Shown here: positions 18,644 to 27,527 of the stretch, piece after piece | Layout: every line of letters begins with the position of its first letter | Position numbering within the stretch: the stretch's first letter is position 1 | Virus record (IMG/VR): IMGVR_UViG_3300037067_005176 | Location: 125,081 to 189,080 of that record | Reading direction: 5' to 3' (one strand) | DNA length: 64,000 nt | Source: a virus | Taxonomy: Duplodnaviria; Heunggongvirae; Uroviricota; Caudoviricetes | Program-made: the position numbers and the translations under genes | Notes under the pieces: generated by a model | Told to the model about the DNA's origin: nothing | The model's database searches: none | The model's input: the letters and a program-made list of their open reading frames with translations, nothing else

Positions 18644-18973
18644 ATGACAACTCCTGCTACTCTTGCAACAAAGCTCGAAAACATCATCGATCTTCATGCT
18701 GTTCAACATCGTACAACTAAGTTCAGTTATCCTTTTACATCCGACGGTCGTCCTGCTCGTTTCTGGGAAATCTGTTGCTTTGTAGCTGATCGAAAAAACA
18801 CGGCAATCTCCGACATCAATCGCAGCTTTTATGGAAGCATGAAGTCCGATTGGCATAGTGTAATTCTTTATCTTTGCAATGTTGGTTTGCTTTCTCGCCG
18901 TGATGGAGTAATTCGTCCAGGCCATAAACTTGAACAATACCGTCGCACTATTATTGCAGAGATTAATGAATGA
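18644..18973 (+). CDS. Small winged-helix-like protein with C-ending codon bias (probable highly expressed regulator)
   Basis: GC and codon usage differ from neighbours (ctc, atc, cgt, tcc). The antisense ORF 18602..18997 is taken as an artefact. Confidence 0.45.
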   Translation: MTTPATLATKLENIIDLHAVQHRTTKFSYPFTSDGRPARFWEICCFVADRKNTAISDINRSFYGSMKSDWHSVILYLCNVGLLSRRDGVIRPGHKLEQYRRTIIAEINE

Positions 18974-18988
18974 TATAAATATTTTTAT

Positions 18989-19547
18989 GAAATTCAAAAC
19001 ATTGTATGAATCGCTAAATAATATTGAAGCTTTACAAAAGGTGATTTACTCAGGGACGTCACCTGTCTATGTTGCTACTGCAGGTATACAAGGAAGCGGA
19101 AAATCAACATTTGCTAAAGAGAACTTCAAAACTATTGAAATACTTGATCTTGATGAAATCAATAAAGATATTTCAAATGGTGATATGGAAGCGTTTCAAA
19201 GAAATAGATCAAAAGCAATTTCAAAGAAGAATGAGATGCTTAGAGATTTGTTTAAGAAAAGAAAATCATTTATTGATGCAGGTACTGCAGCCAATACTCA
19301 ATCTCTGTTGAAGAAACTTACTTATGCAAAATCTTTAGGATACACAACTGCTGTAGTGTATGTGAATATTCCAATAGAAGTTGCAATTGAAAGAAACTTA
19401 AAACGAATTGAAAGCGGTTCTCATGGAGTTCCCATTGAACGTGTTCAAGAAATTATAAACCGTACAGATATGAATGTTAGACAAACTATTAAAGAAATAA
19501 AAGACAATGCTGATCTTGTTGATTTCTTTATTGAAAAAGGACTATAA
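18989..19547 (+). CDS. P-loop kinase (Walker A GIQGSGKST; AAA_33/polynucleotide-kinase-like)
   Basis: Walker A GxxGSGKST near the N-terminus. Starts MKFKTLYES. Real start likely ATG 18989, downstream of the ORF-track start. Confidence 0.5.
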
Positions 19548-19548
19548 A

Positions 19549-20454
19549 ATGACAATTCAATCAACCGCTCGTAAAGGTATTCCTCACCTTTGGTTCCCAG
19601 GCAATTCAATGGAAATGAAGCCTTTGGATTTTTTGGACTTTATCAAATTACTTAGGCGCAATGCTGGCGTTATAAGTTACAAGAATACAAGTCTTTCTGA
19701 AAAGATTGATGGCGCCGGAATTCGATTCGGATGTGATGTTGATAAAAGATTCTTTATCGAGTCTTCTCGCTCAGGTCCTATCTTTGTACCTAAAGCATTT
19801 TCTAAATTTGCTGAAAACAAATTCGGCTCAACCAACGCAACAGCAAATGGGTATGATGCGATATTCGACGAGTTGGATGCGGATAATGTTTTATACTTTA
19901 TACTCAATAAGTATAACAAAAATGGTATAAAGGTTATAGGCGAAGTTCTTTTAAACCAATTTGGAGTTAAACATGATACTGAACAGAATCTTGTTAAATT
20001 TGTCAATACTTGGTATGATAGTACCAAGTTGGGGTCGTTTGCAACTTTTGTGTTATTTACCGTTCAAGATTCTGAAGGCAATACGCATAGAAGTTCAGAT
20101 GAAATTATAAGCCTACTAAAAGCAATATCAAATGACCGTATAAAATTTGAGACTGCTGAGATCAATGAATTTGAACCTTTAGATTTCTCAAAGCATATTG
20201 AGGGATTTGCAAAGGTTATGAAAACTGCATTTGATAATGACATAGATAACTTTATCTTGAAAAAGAAGAAGGATGCTGATGTTATTCTTTACATAAACAC
20301 TCTCCAAAAAATTCTCAATGCCCATTTATCTGCTTTAATCAATAAAGGAAAGTTTGGGCCAAACTATGAAGGACTTGTATTTGAATTTGATAATAAAATC
20401 AAGTTTAAGATTACAACGGAAACATTTAAAGATGCTAAAAGAAAATCCAAATAA
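19549..20454 (+). CDS. Ligase-like nucleotidyltransferase (motif I KIDGAG, motif IV EGLVFEF, motif V KIKFKI); candidate RNA ligase
   Basis: KxDG lysine-adenylation motif plus EGxV and KxK motifs in the correct order. Lies immediately downstream of the P-loop kinase. Confidence 0.4.
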   Translation: MTIQSTARKGIPHLWFPGNSMEMKPLDFLDFIKLLRRNAGVISYKNTSLSEKIDGAGIRFGCDVDKRFFIESSRSGPIFVPKAFSKFAENKFGSTNATANGYDAIFDELDADNVLYFILNKYNKNGIKVIGEVLLNQFGVKHDTEQNLVKFVNTWYDSTKLGSFATFVLFTVQDSEGNTHRSSDEIISLLKAISNDRIKFETAEINEFEPLDFSKHIEGFAKVMKTAFDNDIDNFILKKKKDADVILYINTLQKILNAHLSALINKGKFGPNYEGLVFEFDNKIKFKITTETFKDAKRKSK

Positions 20455-21481
20455 AATATATTTTAACCTATCAATCACTCCAGATGCAACGACTATAGGT
20501 TGTATTGATAAACATAATCCGCATTGCGAAATTATATTTGATGAAATTTCACGATTGTTAATGAGAACCGAAATTAACAAAGGTTTTCAACACTTCTGGA
20601 AAAAGAAGAAAAATGATAAGCTTTTAAATGAACGAAAACTAATGCATTCGCAATTTATTCAATCCTATACTCTTAAAAACTATTTAAGCGAAATTGATAA
20701 AATTGGACGCGTCTTTGCTAAGCATACATTCGATTGTAAAGATGGAGTGTATCCTTTAAGTGAACTAACAAAAGAAGTTTCAAAATACTTCAATCCCATA
20801 TTCTTTGATAGAATTCTCAATACAAAAATAAAGATCACTCAACCTGTAGAAGGTCCTGGTGAAAACTATTTGTGGTCTTTATTTTCAAATCTTGACTTTG
20901 CTCAAAGCAAGGGAGATTTGGTTGATACGATAAACAACTACAAGATAGAAGTAAAAGGCGATTCAGGTTCATTAGGTTCAAATACTACTGGGCGCGAATG
21001 GAATGAAAAATCTTCTAAAGATTTGTGTTCATTGATTGATACTTCAATAAGTGAAAAAGAAAGAACTTACTTGATGAAGTCTTGTACATTCGGAACTGAA
21101 GTTGCCCGTTGTTTAGAAACCGCTTTAAAATCAAATCCTTCTGATCAGGTGCTTGAAAAGATATGCTATATCATTTCAAATTACAATGACATACCTAAAG
21201 AAGATATTAAAAGCTTTATTCAATTGGTACGCCTTAAACCAGATTATCAAAACATTCTAAAACTTGTTATTGCATTGCATATGAAGCTTTATTCTGAAGA
21301 TGAGAACTTTGATAAATTATTTCTCTTCAACGGAGGATCTGAAAGAAGTATAAATAAATTAATAGTAATGACTGCGAAACAAGACATTTATACTTTGCTT
21401 ACGGATATTGATAAGTATAACATTACTTCAAAGAATTGGGGCGCAGGCAAGAAAGGAATTAGAATAGCAGCAAACATCTGA
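20366..21481 (+). CDS. Hypothetical protein (start uncertain: 20354 TTG, 20366 ATG or about 20429 ATG)
   Basis: Long ORF overlapping the 3' end of the upstream gene. Confidence 0.45.
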   Translation: MKDLYLNLIIKSSLRLQRKHLKMLKENPNKIYFNLSITPDATTIGCIDKHNPHCEIIFDEISRLLMRTEINKGFQHFWKKKKNDKLLNERKLMHSQFIQSYTLKNYLSEIDKIGRVFAKHTFDCKDGVYPLSELTKEVSKYFNPIFFDRILNTKIKITQPVEGPGENYLWSLFSNLDFAQSKGDLVDTINNYKIEVKGDSGSLGSNTTGREWNEKSSKDLCSLIDTSISEKERTYLMKSCTFGTEVARCLETALKSNPSDQVLEKICYIISNYNDIPKEDIKSFIQLVRLKPDYQNILKLVIALHMKLYSEDENFDKLFLFNGGSERSINKLIVMTAKQDIYTLLTDIDKYNITSKNWGAGKKGIRIAANI

Positions 21482-21488
21482 GGTATTG

Positions 21489-22064
21489 ATGAAGTTTAAA
21501 TCTTTATATGAATCAAGCGGAATGCTTTTTGAATATACTCATAGAGAGTTAGTAAAAATGTCAGATGCTGGTCGTAAGCAACGTTCAAAAGGAATGCCTG
21601 CTTATTATAAAGGTTTAACTCAAACCGATGACAAGAAACATCTCAAAACAATTTGGAATGTTAATAGTGCATCAAAACCTGATGTTGTATATGAACAAGT
21701 TGTAGAAGTTATTCCGAAAAAGTCGAATGTATTTAAAATATCAAAAGATAAATGGGATCTTAAACGCTTTGTAGATGTAATGAAAAACTCGGATGTGAAA
21801 GTTTATTGCTCCTGCCCAGATTTCTTGTGGGGTGGCCAAAAGTACAACATTGGACCTCATGGAGATTATGATGATTCTTTAGCACCTGGAAATATTGGTG
21901 ATTTCTTTGATGGAGATAAAGAAGTTGTTGATATTGCTCCAAATGTCAGAGACCCAGAACGTGAACATGTTTTGTGCAAACACTTAATTGCTGTAACAAA
22001 AGTATTCGACGCGAATACAATTGATATTATGAAAGATGCAAAGCGTTTTAAAGTCATTAAGTGA
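21489..22064 (+). CDS. SWIM zinc-finger domain protein (CSCPDF...CKH)
   Basis: CxC-x(n)-CxH arrangement. Starts MKFKSLYES. Confidence 0.4.
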   Translation: MKFKSLYESSGMLFEYTHRELVKMSDAGRKQRSKGMPAYYKGLTQTDDKKHLKTIWNVNSASKPDVVYEQVVEVIPKKSNVFKISKDKWDLKRFVDVMKNSDVKVYCSCPDFLWGGQKYNIGPHGDYDDSLAPGNIGDFFDGDKEVVDIAPNVRDPEREHVLCKHLIAVTKVFDANTIDIMKDAKRFKVIK

Positions 22065-22105
22065 TCATCAATATAAATAATTAAAATTTTAATACGAGGT
22101 TCAAA

Positions 22106-22576
22106 ATGGATAAATATTTAAGCAAAGCTTCTTACTTTATGACTGATTCAGATCAGCTTATTACAGAAGCGAAGAAAGAAGATGCTGCAGCTGCTGTTGT
22201 TATTGCAACAGAAGGCAAGAAAGAAGATGCTGATAAAAAAGTTGTTGCCGCTCTTTCTAAGGACAATTTAACAAAGTTTCCAAACAAGGCTGGGATGTTT
22301 AAAAAGAAGAAAGCGATCAAGGAAGAAGAAGACGAAGAAGATGTCGATGCTGATACTCTTGAAGAGAAGGTTGAAGAGAAGGACGCAGTTCGCGAAGATG
22401 AAGATGACGGTTCCGAAGATGGTGAGAAAGACGAATTGACTGAAGGTGAAGAAGATGATGAAACTGGTGAAGAAGAAGGCGATGAAATTGCTGACGACGA
22501 CCAAGTTGAAGATCCTAAGAAAAAGAAGAATGTTGTTGAAAGCTATTTAGCTCATGCTTCTCGTTGGGTTGACTAA
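22106..22576 (+). CDS. Highly acidic Glu/Asp-rich protein (candidate DNA mimic or scaffold)
   Basis: C-terminal half is more than 50% D/E. Confidence 0.5.
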   Translation: MDKYLSKASYFMTDSDQLITEAKKEDAAAAVVIATEGKKEDADKKVVAALSKDNLTKFPNKAGMFKKKKAIKEEEDEEDVDADTLEEKVEEKDAVREDEDDGSEDGEKDELTEGEEDDETGEEEGDEIADDDQVEDPKKKKNVVESYLAHASRWVD

Positions 22577-22604
22577 TGACTCTAAGTTTTAAATAAACAC
22601 ATAG

Positions 22605-22631
22605 AGCCTGAGACTAGTCTCAGGCTTTTTA
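22605..22631 (+). terminator. Rho-independent terminator (agcctgagac TAG tctcaggct + TTTTT)
   Basis: Perfect palindromic 10-bp stem plus T5. Confidence 0.7.
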
Positions 22632-22693
22632 TCGGATCTCGTGAGAGAAAACCGCTAGGCTAAAGACCTAGCGAATGAATCGAACAAAAATAA

Positions 22694-23614
22694 TTTAACT
22701 TTTTTCGAGGAAATGCTGAATTCCCTAGCTTCAAATCAAGAAAATCAAAGAATTCCTTCCGTGTTCCTCAACACATAACAATTGAAGAAGGTAAAATCCG
22801 AGTTCCAAAATTCAATGACGGTATCAAATTAATAAAACATAGAGAATTCAAAGGCGAGATTCGCCAATGCGCATTCTCAAGAGATTGTAGAAATCAATAT
22901 TTCGTATCTATCTTGGTAGCAACTACCCATGAACAACTACCACACACAGGTAAGCCAGTTGGTATTGATCTAGGTATTAAGGATTTCGCTATAACAAGCG
23001 ATGGTGTTAAGTACAAGAATCATCGTTATACTAAGCGATATGAAAGAGAACTGAAAGTAGCACAACAACATCTATCTCGTAAACAGAAAGGTAGTCGTCA
23101 ATCCGAAAAACAAAGATTGAAGGTTGCTCGTATTCATGAGAAGATATCTAATTCACGAAAAGATACGCTTCACAAAATATCTACCAAAATAGTTGCATCA
23201 TACGATGTGATTTGCTTGGAAGATTTGAATGTGAAAGGTATGGTAAAAAACCATAAGTTAGCTAAACATATTTCGGATTGTGGATGGGGTCTGTTTGTTT
23301 CCATGTTAGAATACAAAGCTAAGTGGAATAATAAACAGATCGTTAGAATCAATAGATTCTTTCCATCATCAAAGACATGCGCTGATTGCGGTTGGATCAA
23401 ATCTAATTTAACGCTGAATGATCGTGAATGGGTATGTGAATCATGTGGATGTGAGCATGATCGAGATGTAAATGCTGCTAAAAACATATTAACAGAAGGT
23501 GTAAGCCTTCTTTCGGTGGGAACCATCGAATACACTGATGGAGACGATGTTAGCCGTAGCAATACGCTGTTGTTTATGAAGTCAGAAGCCCATGAGTCTT
23601 TAGCTCAAGGGTAG
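22694..23614 (+). pseudogene. tnpB: 5'-truncated TnpB (IS200/IS605-family OrfB, RuvC-like; reads ..FRGNAEFPSFKSRK..GIDLGIKDF..CxxC..CxxC..DRDVNAAKNI)
   Basis: Frame open from 22694 (no start codon). RuvC-I GIDLG, zinc finger CADCG..CESCG and RuvC-III DVNAAKNI are present. About 100 N-terminal residues are missing. Confidence 0.6.
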
Positions 23615-23925
23615 TTCACAACATCGATGGAATTGAACAAGCTTTAAGACTTCATCGTGGATACAAATATTTTAAACGCAAATCAATTCACCGACTTGTT
23701 GCAAAGGCATATTGTGAAGAGTGGTTTGATGGTTGTGAGATTCACCACTTGGATCATAACAAGCTTAACAATGACATTTCTAACTTAGTATGTATTTCCA
23801 AATCAGAACATAAAAAATTCCATGCCAACGACATCCAAACGACGATAAAAGAAGTTGGTAAGTCAAGACGCAAGAAGAAAACTCAGAAGCATTGTTTCAA
23901 CAAGAAGTTCGTTATAAACAAATAA
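23596..23925 (+). pseudogene. HNH endonuclease C-terminal fragment (..HRLVAKAY..GCEIHHLDHNKLNNDISNL..SEHKKFHA)
   Basis: Open frame without start codon, beginning where the TnpB frame ends. HNH_3-type motif. Confidence 0.5.
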
Positions 23926-23930
23926 CAAAA

Positions 23931-23963
23931 AAGAGGAATCGTTTTGATTCCTCTTTTCGTTTT
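23931..23963 (+). terminator. Rho-independent terminator (gaggaatcGTTTTgattcctc + TTTTCGTTTT)
   Basis: 8-bp stem plus T-rich tail. Confidence 0.65.
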
Positions 23964-24083
23964 GACGATTGTAAGTTTTCTTTTTGTCTTTACGAATCCT
24001 AGTCATTAAGGTTCGTCCGTTGTTTGACTCACTTATACGATCTTGTCGTAAATAGTGATCAAGATTTTTCTTTTGGTCCTGGA

Positions 24084-24480
24084 TCATATATTTTTCCTTT
24101 TATAGATTCTTCCTAATACCCACCCTAAATTAACATAACTATCAACATCATTTTTATTTATAAATTTTGATGCCTTGTTATTTGTTATCCAAACTTTATT
24201 ACATTGAACTTTTGAAATATTATTTCGCCATTCGCTTGTCAATTTACGTCCTGTCATCGATGCTTTTGACACTTGTGATATAATCTTTTTAGTTTCTTCT
24301 GTATGGTTAAGATGTATTGCTCCATGCCCACCAATACACATGTTATATGTATCGTTTTGATTTATAAAAGCTTTTGTGATTATTGAGTGTTCTCTATTAA
24401 AAGCTTTGCATTTTCAATCAAACCATTCCAAAATCTCTTTCTTGAAATTTTCTTTACGATACTTCTTTATTGATTGTTTA
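24084..24480 (-). pseudogene. GIY-YIG endonuclease pseudogene (copy of 6540..7358 with in-frame stop: ..KENFKKEILEWFD*KCKAFNREHS..)
   Basis: Minus-strand translation aligns with 6540..7358 (KENFKKEILEWFDWRCEALNREAE) but has a stop and lacks the N-terminal domain. NUMOD3-like C-terminus at 24084..24341. Confidence 0.5.
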
Positions 24481-24492
24481 ACTTTATTTTAT

Positions 24493-24519
24493 AGAGGTTA
24501 TTAGTAGTAACCTCTTTTA
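24493..24519. terminator. Stem-loop terminator (agaggttaTTAGTAGtaacctct with T/A-rich flanks), usable in either direction
   Basis: Perfect 8-bp stem. + strand tail tttatatctattt. Confidence 0.4.
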
Positions 24520-24603
24520 TATCTATTTATAATTGCAGTAAGATTATTCCAAGAATAAAAATAATCAAATGACTACTAATCATCCGTCCTGCATCAATAT
24601 TTA

Positions 24604-24885
24604 TTATTTAGTTAATTCGTCAATTTCTTTAGAAATCATTTCGCATTTAGTGTTATAATCATATATAATCATAGCGATTTCACACCAAGAATAGAAGTCA
24701 GTAATATAAATGGATGCATCTTCTTGTGAATTAAGAAGATGCACATACTCTTCCATCATAAACTTGAAGTTCTCAATCCCAATGCGAGAAAGAGCCATTT
24801 TTTCCGAATCAGTCAAACTGATCGCGTGAGCCTCGTACTCTTCTAATGGGCGTGACTTCTTAAGTCTTTTTTCATCATGAAACAT
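24604..24885 (-). CDS. Hypothetical protein (93 aa), second gene of a leftward two-gene unit
   Basis: RBS ggagagaatgaATG. Overlap-coupled to the upstream 58-aa ORF. Confidence 0.45.
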   Translation of the reverse strand: MFHDEKRLKKSRPLEEYEAHAISLTDSEKMALSRIGIENFKFMMEEYVHLLNSQEDASIYITDFYSWCEIAMIIYDYNTKCEMISKEIDELTK

Positions 24886-24896
24886 TCATTCTCTCC

Positions 24897-25073
24897 TTAG
24901 GGACAAGTCCAAGTGTTGTATGCTTTTTCGCTAATCACCTTGTCTGTGCGAAGCGCATCTGTAAAACTGTTCCGAGCTTCACTTCTCATAACAGCATCAC
25001 CTTTCGGTAAATTTTTATGAGATTCCCTAAAGAGAGAAACAACTTCTTTCTTTGTCAATTGTTTTCTGGACAT
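24897..25073 (-). CDS. Small hypothetical protein (58 aa, MSRKQLTKKEVVSLFRESHKNLPKGDAV...)
   Basis: ORF below the track cutoff, read by hand. Divergent from the 25373 gene. Confidence 0.35.
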   Translation of the reverse strand: MSRKQLTKKEVVSLFRESHKNLPKGDAVMRSEARNSFTDALRTDKVISEKAYNTWTCP

Positions 25074-25303
25074 AAAAACTCCGGTTAAAATTGAACTTCA
25101 AATATAATAATAATCTAGAGATCTGTCAATCGAACTTTTTCTCCCGGAATTCGTGAAATTCCTTAAGTTATGAGATTTTAGTGAGAAAAATATGAAAAAC
25201 TATTGACGGCAGAGATTTTTAGTTGTATATTTGATTCATAAGGTTGGTAAACAACTGATTCGTTAAGAAAAAGGTTTATAAGAAAAAAGTTCAAATAAAC
25301 CAT

Positions 25304-25332
25304 TGACAAACGAAAAACAGATTGTTATATTA
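25304..25332 (+). promoter_or_regulatory. Consensus sigma70-like promoter TTGACA-N17-TATATT
   Basis: TTGACA 25304-25309, 17-nt spacer, TATATT 25327-25332, followed by RBS aaaaggag and ATG 25373. Confidence 0.6.
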
Positions 25333-25372
25333 ACCACATAACTGATAACAAACCACTCGAAAAGGAGTCAAC

Positions 25373-25900
25373 ATGACCACTGCAACAAAGTCCACCGCCG
25401 CCAAGTCTTCTTCCAAGTCCAAGAAGGCTGCTGAACCAAAAACCGAAGCTGTTGTGCTGCCTGTTGCTGCACCTGCAGTTGAAGTTGAAGGCTCTGCACC
25501 AATTGCAGAGCCCATTGCCGAAAAGACCAAGAAGGTTTTGACACCTTCCGACAAGATCGCCCTGAAGGTTGTTTCCGCAATCCGTTCCGATCGCTCGCAG
25601 TTCAACAAGGCCTTCGAACTTTCCGAAGACGGCAATACCGCGACCCATACTTTCTCCGCAAAGCTTGGATCCGCAATTGTTACCTTCGGCCGTCATGAAG
25701 TTGCAGGCAAGAAGACCCGCGAGACAATCGCCCGTGCATTCATCCATGTCAAGCCCGAAGGTTCCGAGAAGCATCTCGAAATCACCGGACCAATGGCTGC
25801 CCGTGCATGGTACGCAATGAACCATGCTCCTAAGGGTCACATCAAGTCCGAACCTGATGCAGAAGCTGTTGCCGCAGCTGAAGCCGCTCTCGGCCTGTAA
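25373..25900 (+). CDS. GC-rich (about 50% vs about 35% locally) protein with Lys/Ala/Ser-rich N-terminal tail and a conserved about 115-aa core ending ..EAALGL; paralog of 26023..26373
   Basis: Strong C-ending codon bias. The many overlapping ORFs on both strands here are GC artefacts. The core aligns with 26023..26373 (SDKIALKVV../..EALIALGLE). Confidence 0.6.
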   Translation: MTTATKSTAAKSSSKSKKAAEPKTEAVVLPVAAPAVEVEGSAPIAEPIAEKTKKVLTPSDKIALKVVSAIRSDRSQFNKAFELSEDGNTATHTFSAKLGSAIVTFGRHEVAGKKTRETIARAFIHVKPEGSEKHLEITGPMAARAWYAMNHAPKGHIKSEPDAEAVAAAEAALGL

Positions 25901-26022
25901 TCAAATCGTTACACAGACTGAATGGGTTTAGGGTGTGGGTTTTATCGCCCACGTAATTCCTGGGAGGACTCGATTGCCTCCCTCAGTCCTATCAAATCAA
26001 AACCTCTAAAGGAGAATAGTGT

Positions 26023-26373
26023 ATGTCCGTAAAGTTCACCCTTTCCGATAAGATTGCAGTCGCTGTAATTGAAAGCTTGCGTGCAGGCGTTCAACTTCGG
26101 CCAACGATCGGAAAGACAGCTCATGGAAATATGAATGGGTTTATGTTTACAAATGAAAAGAATGCAACAATTCATATTCAAGCCTTCACAAAGGAAGGCG
26201 GAAAAAATGCAAAGTTTGTTATCGCAATAACTCCAGCTGAAGGTCGCACCACGGAAATTTTTGGTAAACATGCTTCGCTCGCATGGAAGATAATCAATAA
26301 TCCAACGACTTCAAGACGTGAAGTTGATATTGAAACTTTAAACGAAGCACTTATAGCTCTTGGTTTAGAATAA
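26023..26373 (+). CDS. Paralog of the 25373 protein core (116 aa, ends ..EALIALGLE)
   Basis: Shared motifs SDKIA[LV].V[VI]..R and C-terminal A..ALGL. RBS aaaggag. Confidence 0.55.
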   Translation: MSVKFTLSDKIAVAVIESLRAGVQLRPTIGKTAHGNMNGFMFTNEKNATIHIQAFTKEGGKNAKFVIAITPAEGRTTEIFGKHASLAWKIINNPTTSRREVDIETLNEALIALGLE

Positions 26374-26410
26374 TATTATATTCAATCCTAGCAAGAAAAA
26401 AATAAAAATT

Positions 26411-26449
26411 AAAAGTTCTAGATAACTTCAAAAATCCAGAACTTTTTTA
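26411..26449 (+). terminator. Rho-independent terminator (aaaagttctag...ccagaactttt + T6)
   Basis: 7/8-bp stem plus T6. Confidence 0.45.
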
Positions 26450-26490
26450 TATTTAAATTTCCATTAAAACAATAAACAAGGAAGGTTAAA

Positions 26491-26676
26491 ATGGTCACTT
26501 TCACAGTACTCGCATATTCAGTTGATTCTACAGGTCGTATTTATGGTGAGGCAAAGCCGAAGCATGTTTGGACGAAGGAGTTAATGGAATCCTACCGAGG
26601 GATGCGTTATGTGTCAATGATTTTTGAAAATGAGAACGGAAAGTCTAAACTTATTTGGGAAAATCGTCGGGGTTAA
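26491..26676 (+). CDS. Small hypothetical protein (61 aa)
   Basis: RBS aaggaagg. Confidence 0.4.
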   Translation: MVTFTVLAYSVDSTGRIYGEAKPKHVWTKELMESYRGMRYVSMIFENENGKSKLIWENRRG

Positions 26677-26961
26677 TTATGACAAAGAAAACGGTGATTG
26701 TTAATAAGATACCGTTTTCCTAGTCAAGTGTTCATCTCGTGGTTATAATGTACAAAATTTGAACACAAAGATTTGGATGAAAGTTTGTGTTAGAAACGAA
26801 AAGAACTTGAATTACATTTAAGAGGTATATGATGCAATGATTATGAAGGACGTCCTTAGCGCAAAGTAACTTGTCCGCCCAGAGAGCGATGAATCCGTTG
26901 AAACTTTTGGTGAAGCGGAAGAACTTATTAAATGCCTCTTTAACAAACTGGGAATTTGTAA

Positions 26962-27489
26962 ATGATTAAAATTATATCCGATGGTGAAACTGGTGTTGGA
27001 CAAGCTGCCCTAGCTGCGGCTTTTCTATGTGATACTGAATATATTGGCTATGTCAGGGCCGGTTATATAACATGTAACGGCCCATGCGAAAAATTAAAGC
27101 ATTTAAATTGTCAAACTTTAGAAACTGATCGTCTTCGTGACTGTGCTCAAAAGTGCATTGATGAATGTAATGGTGTTCTTATTTTCCGTTCGGGTGAATG
27201 CTCAAAGATTGAAGACAATGTTAAGTCTTTAATAGGTGAGTCTCGCCCTGTTATGGAATTTGATTTTCTAAAGCCAATTGATCCAAGATCAATTACAGTT
27301 TGGCTCCTCACTGAAGGAATCACAAAGCTGTATGTGACTGGACGCAACGATACAATGGGTTTAGATATCTTTTATAATAAAGCGTTACCTTTGATGACTC
27401 ATATTATAAAAGATATTAACAACGAGCTTGAAAGAAAAGAGCTTGACAACAAAAGAAAAGCAAAAGCAAAAGCTGAAGTGAAAAAGTAA
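26962..27489 (+). CDS. SLOG-superfamily protein (YpsA / putative MoCo-carrier-like; ISDGETGVGQAALAAA)
   Basis: N-terminal GxTGVxxAAL motif characteristic of the YpsA/MoCo_carrier SLOG family. Confidence 0.45.
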   Translation: MIKIISDGETGVGQAALAAAFLCDTEYIGYVRAGYITCNGPCEKLKHLNCQTLETDRLRDCAQKCIDECNGVLIFRSGECSKIEDNVKSLIGESRPVMEFDFLKPIDPRSITVWLLTEGITKLYVTGRNDTMGLDIFYNKALPLMTHIIKDINNELERKELDNKRKAKAKAEVKK

Positions 27490-27527
27490 TTCGGCTTGTT
27501 TATAAGTTACGACGCAGGAGTGATAAT

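Noticed and set aside
25325-26271. Multiple ORFs on both strands inside the GC-rich gene (25325..25840, 25330..25635, 25368..25580, 25569..25820, 25942..26271)
   Set aside because: GC-rich sequence keeps all frames open. Only 25373..25900 has promoter, RBS, a paralog and a coherent protein.
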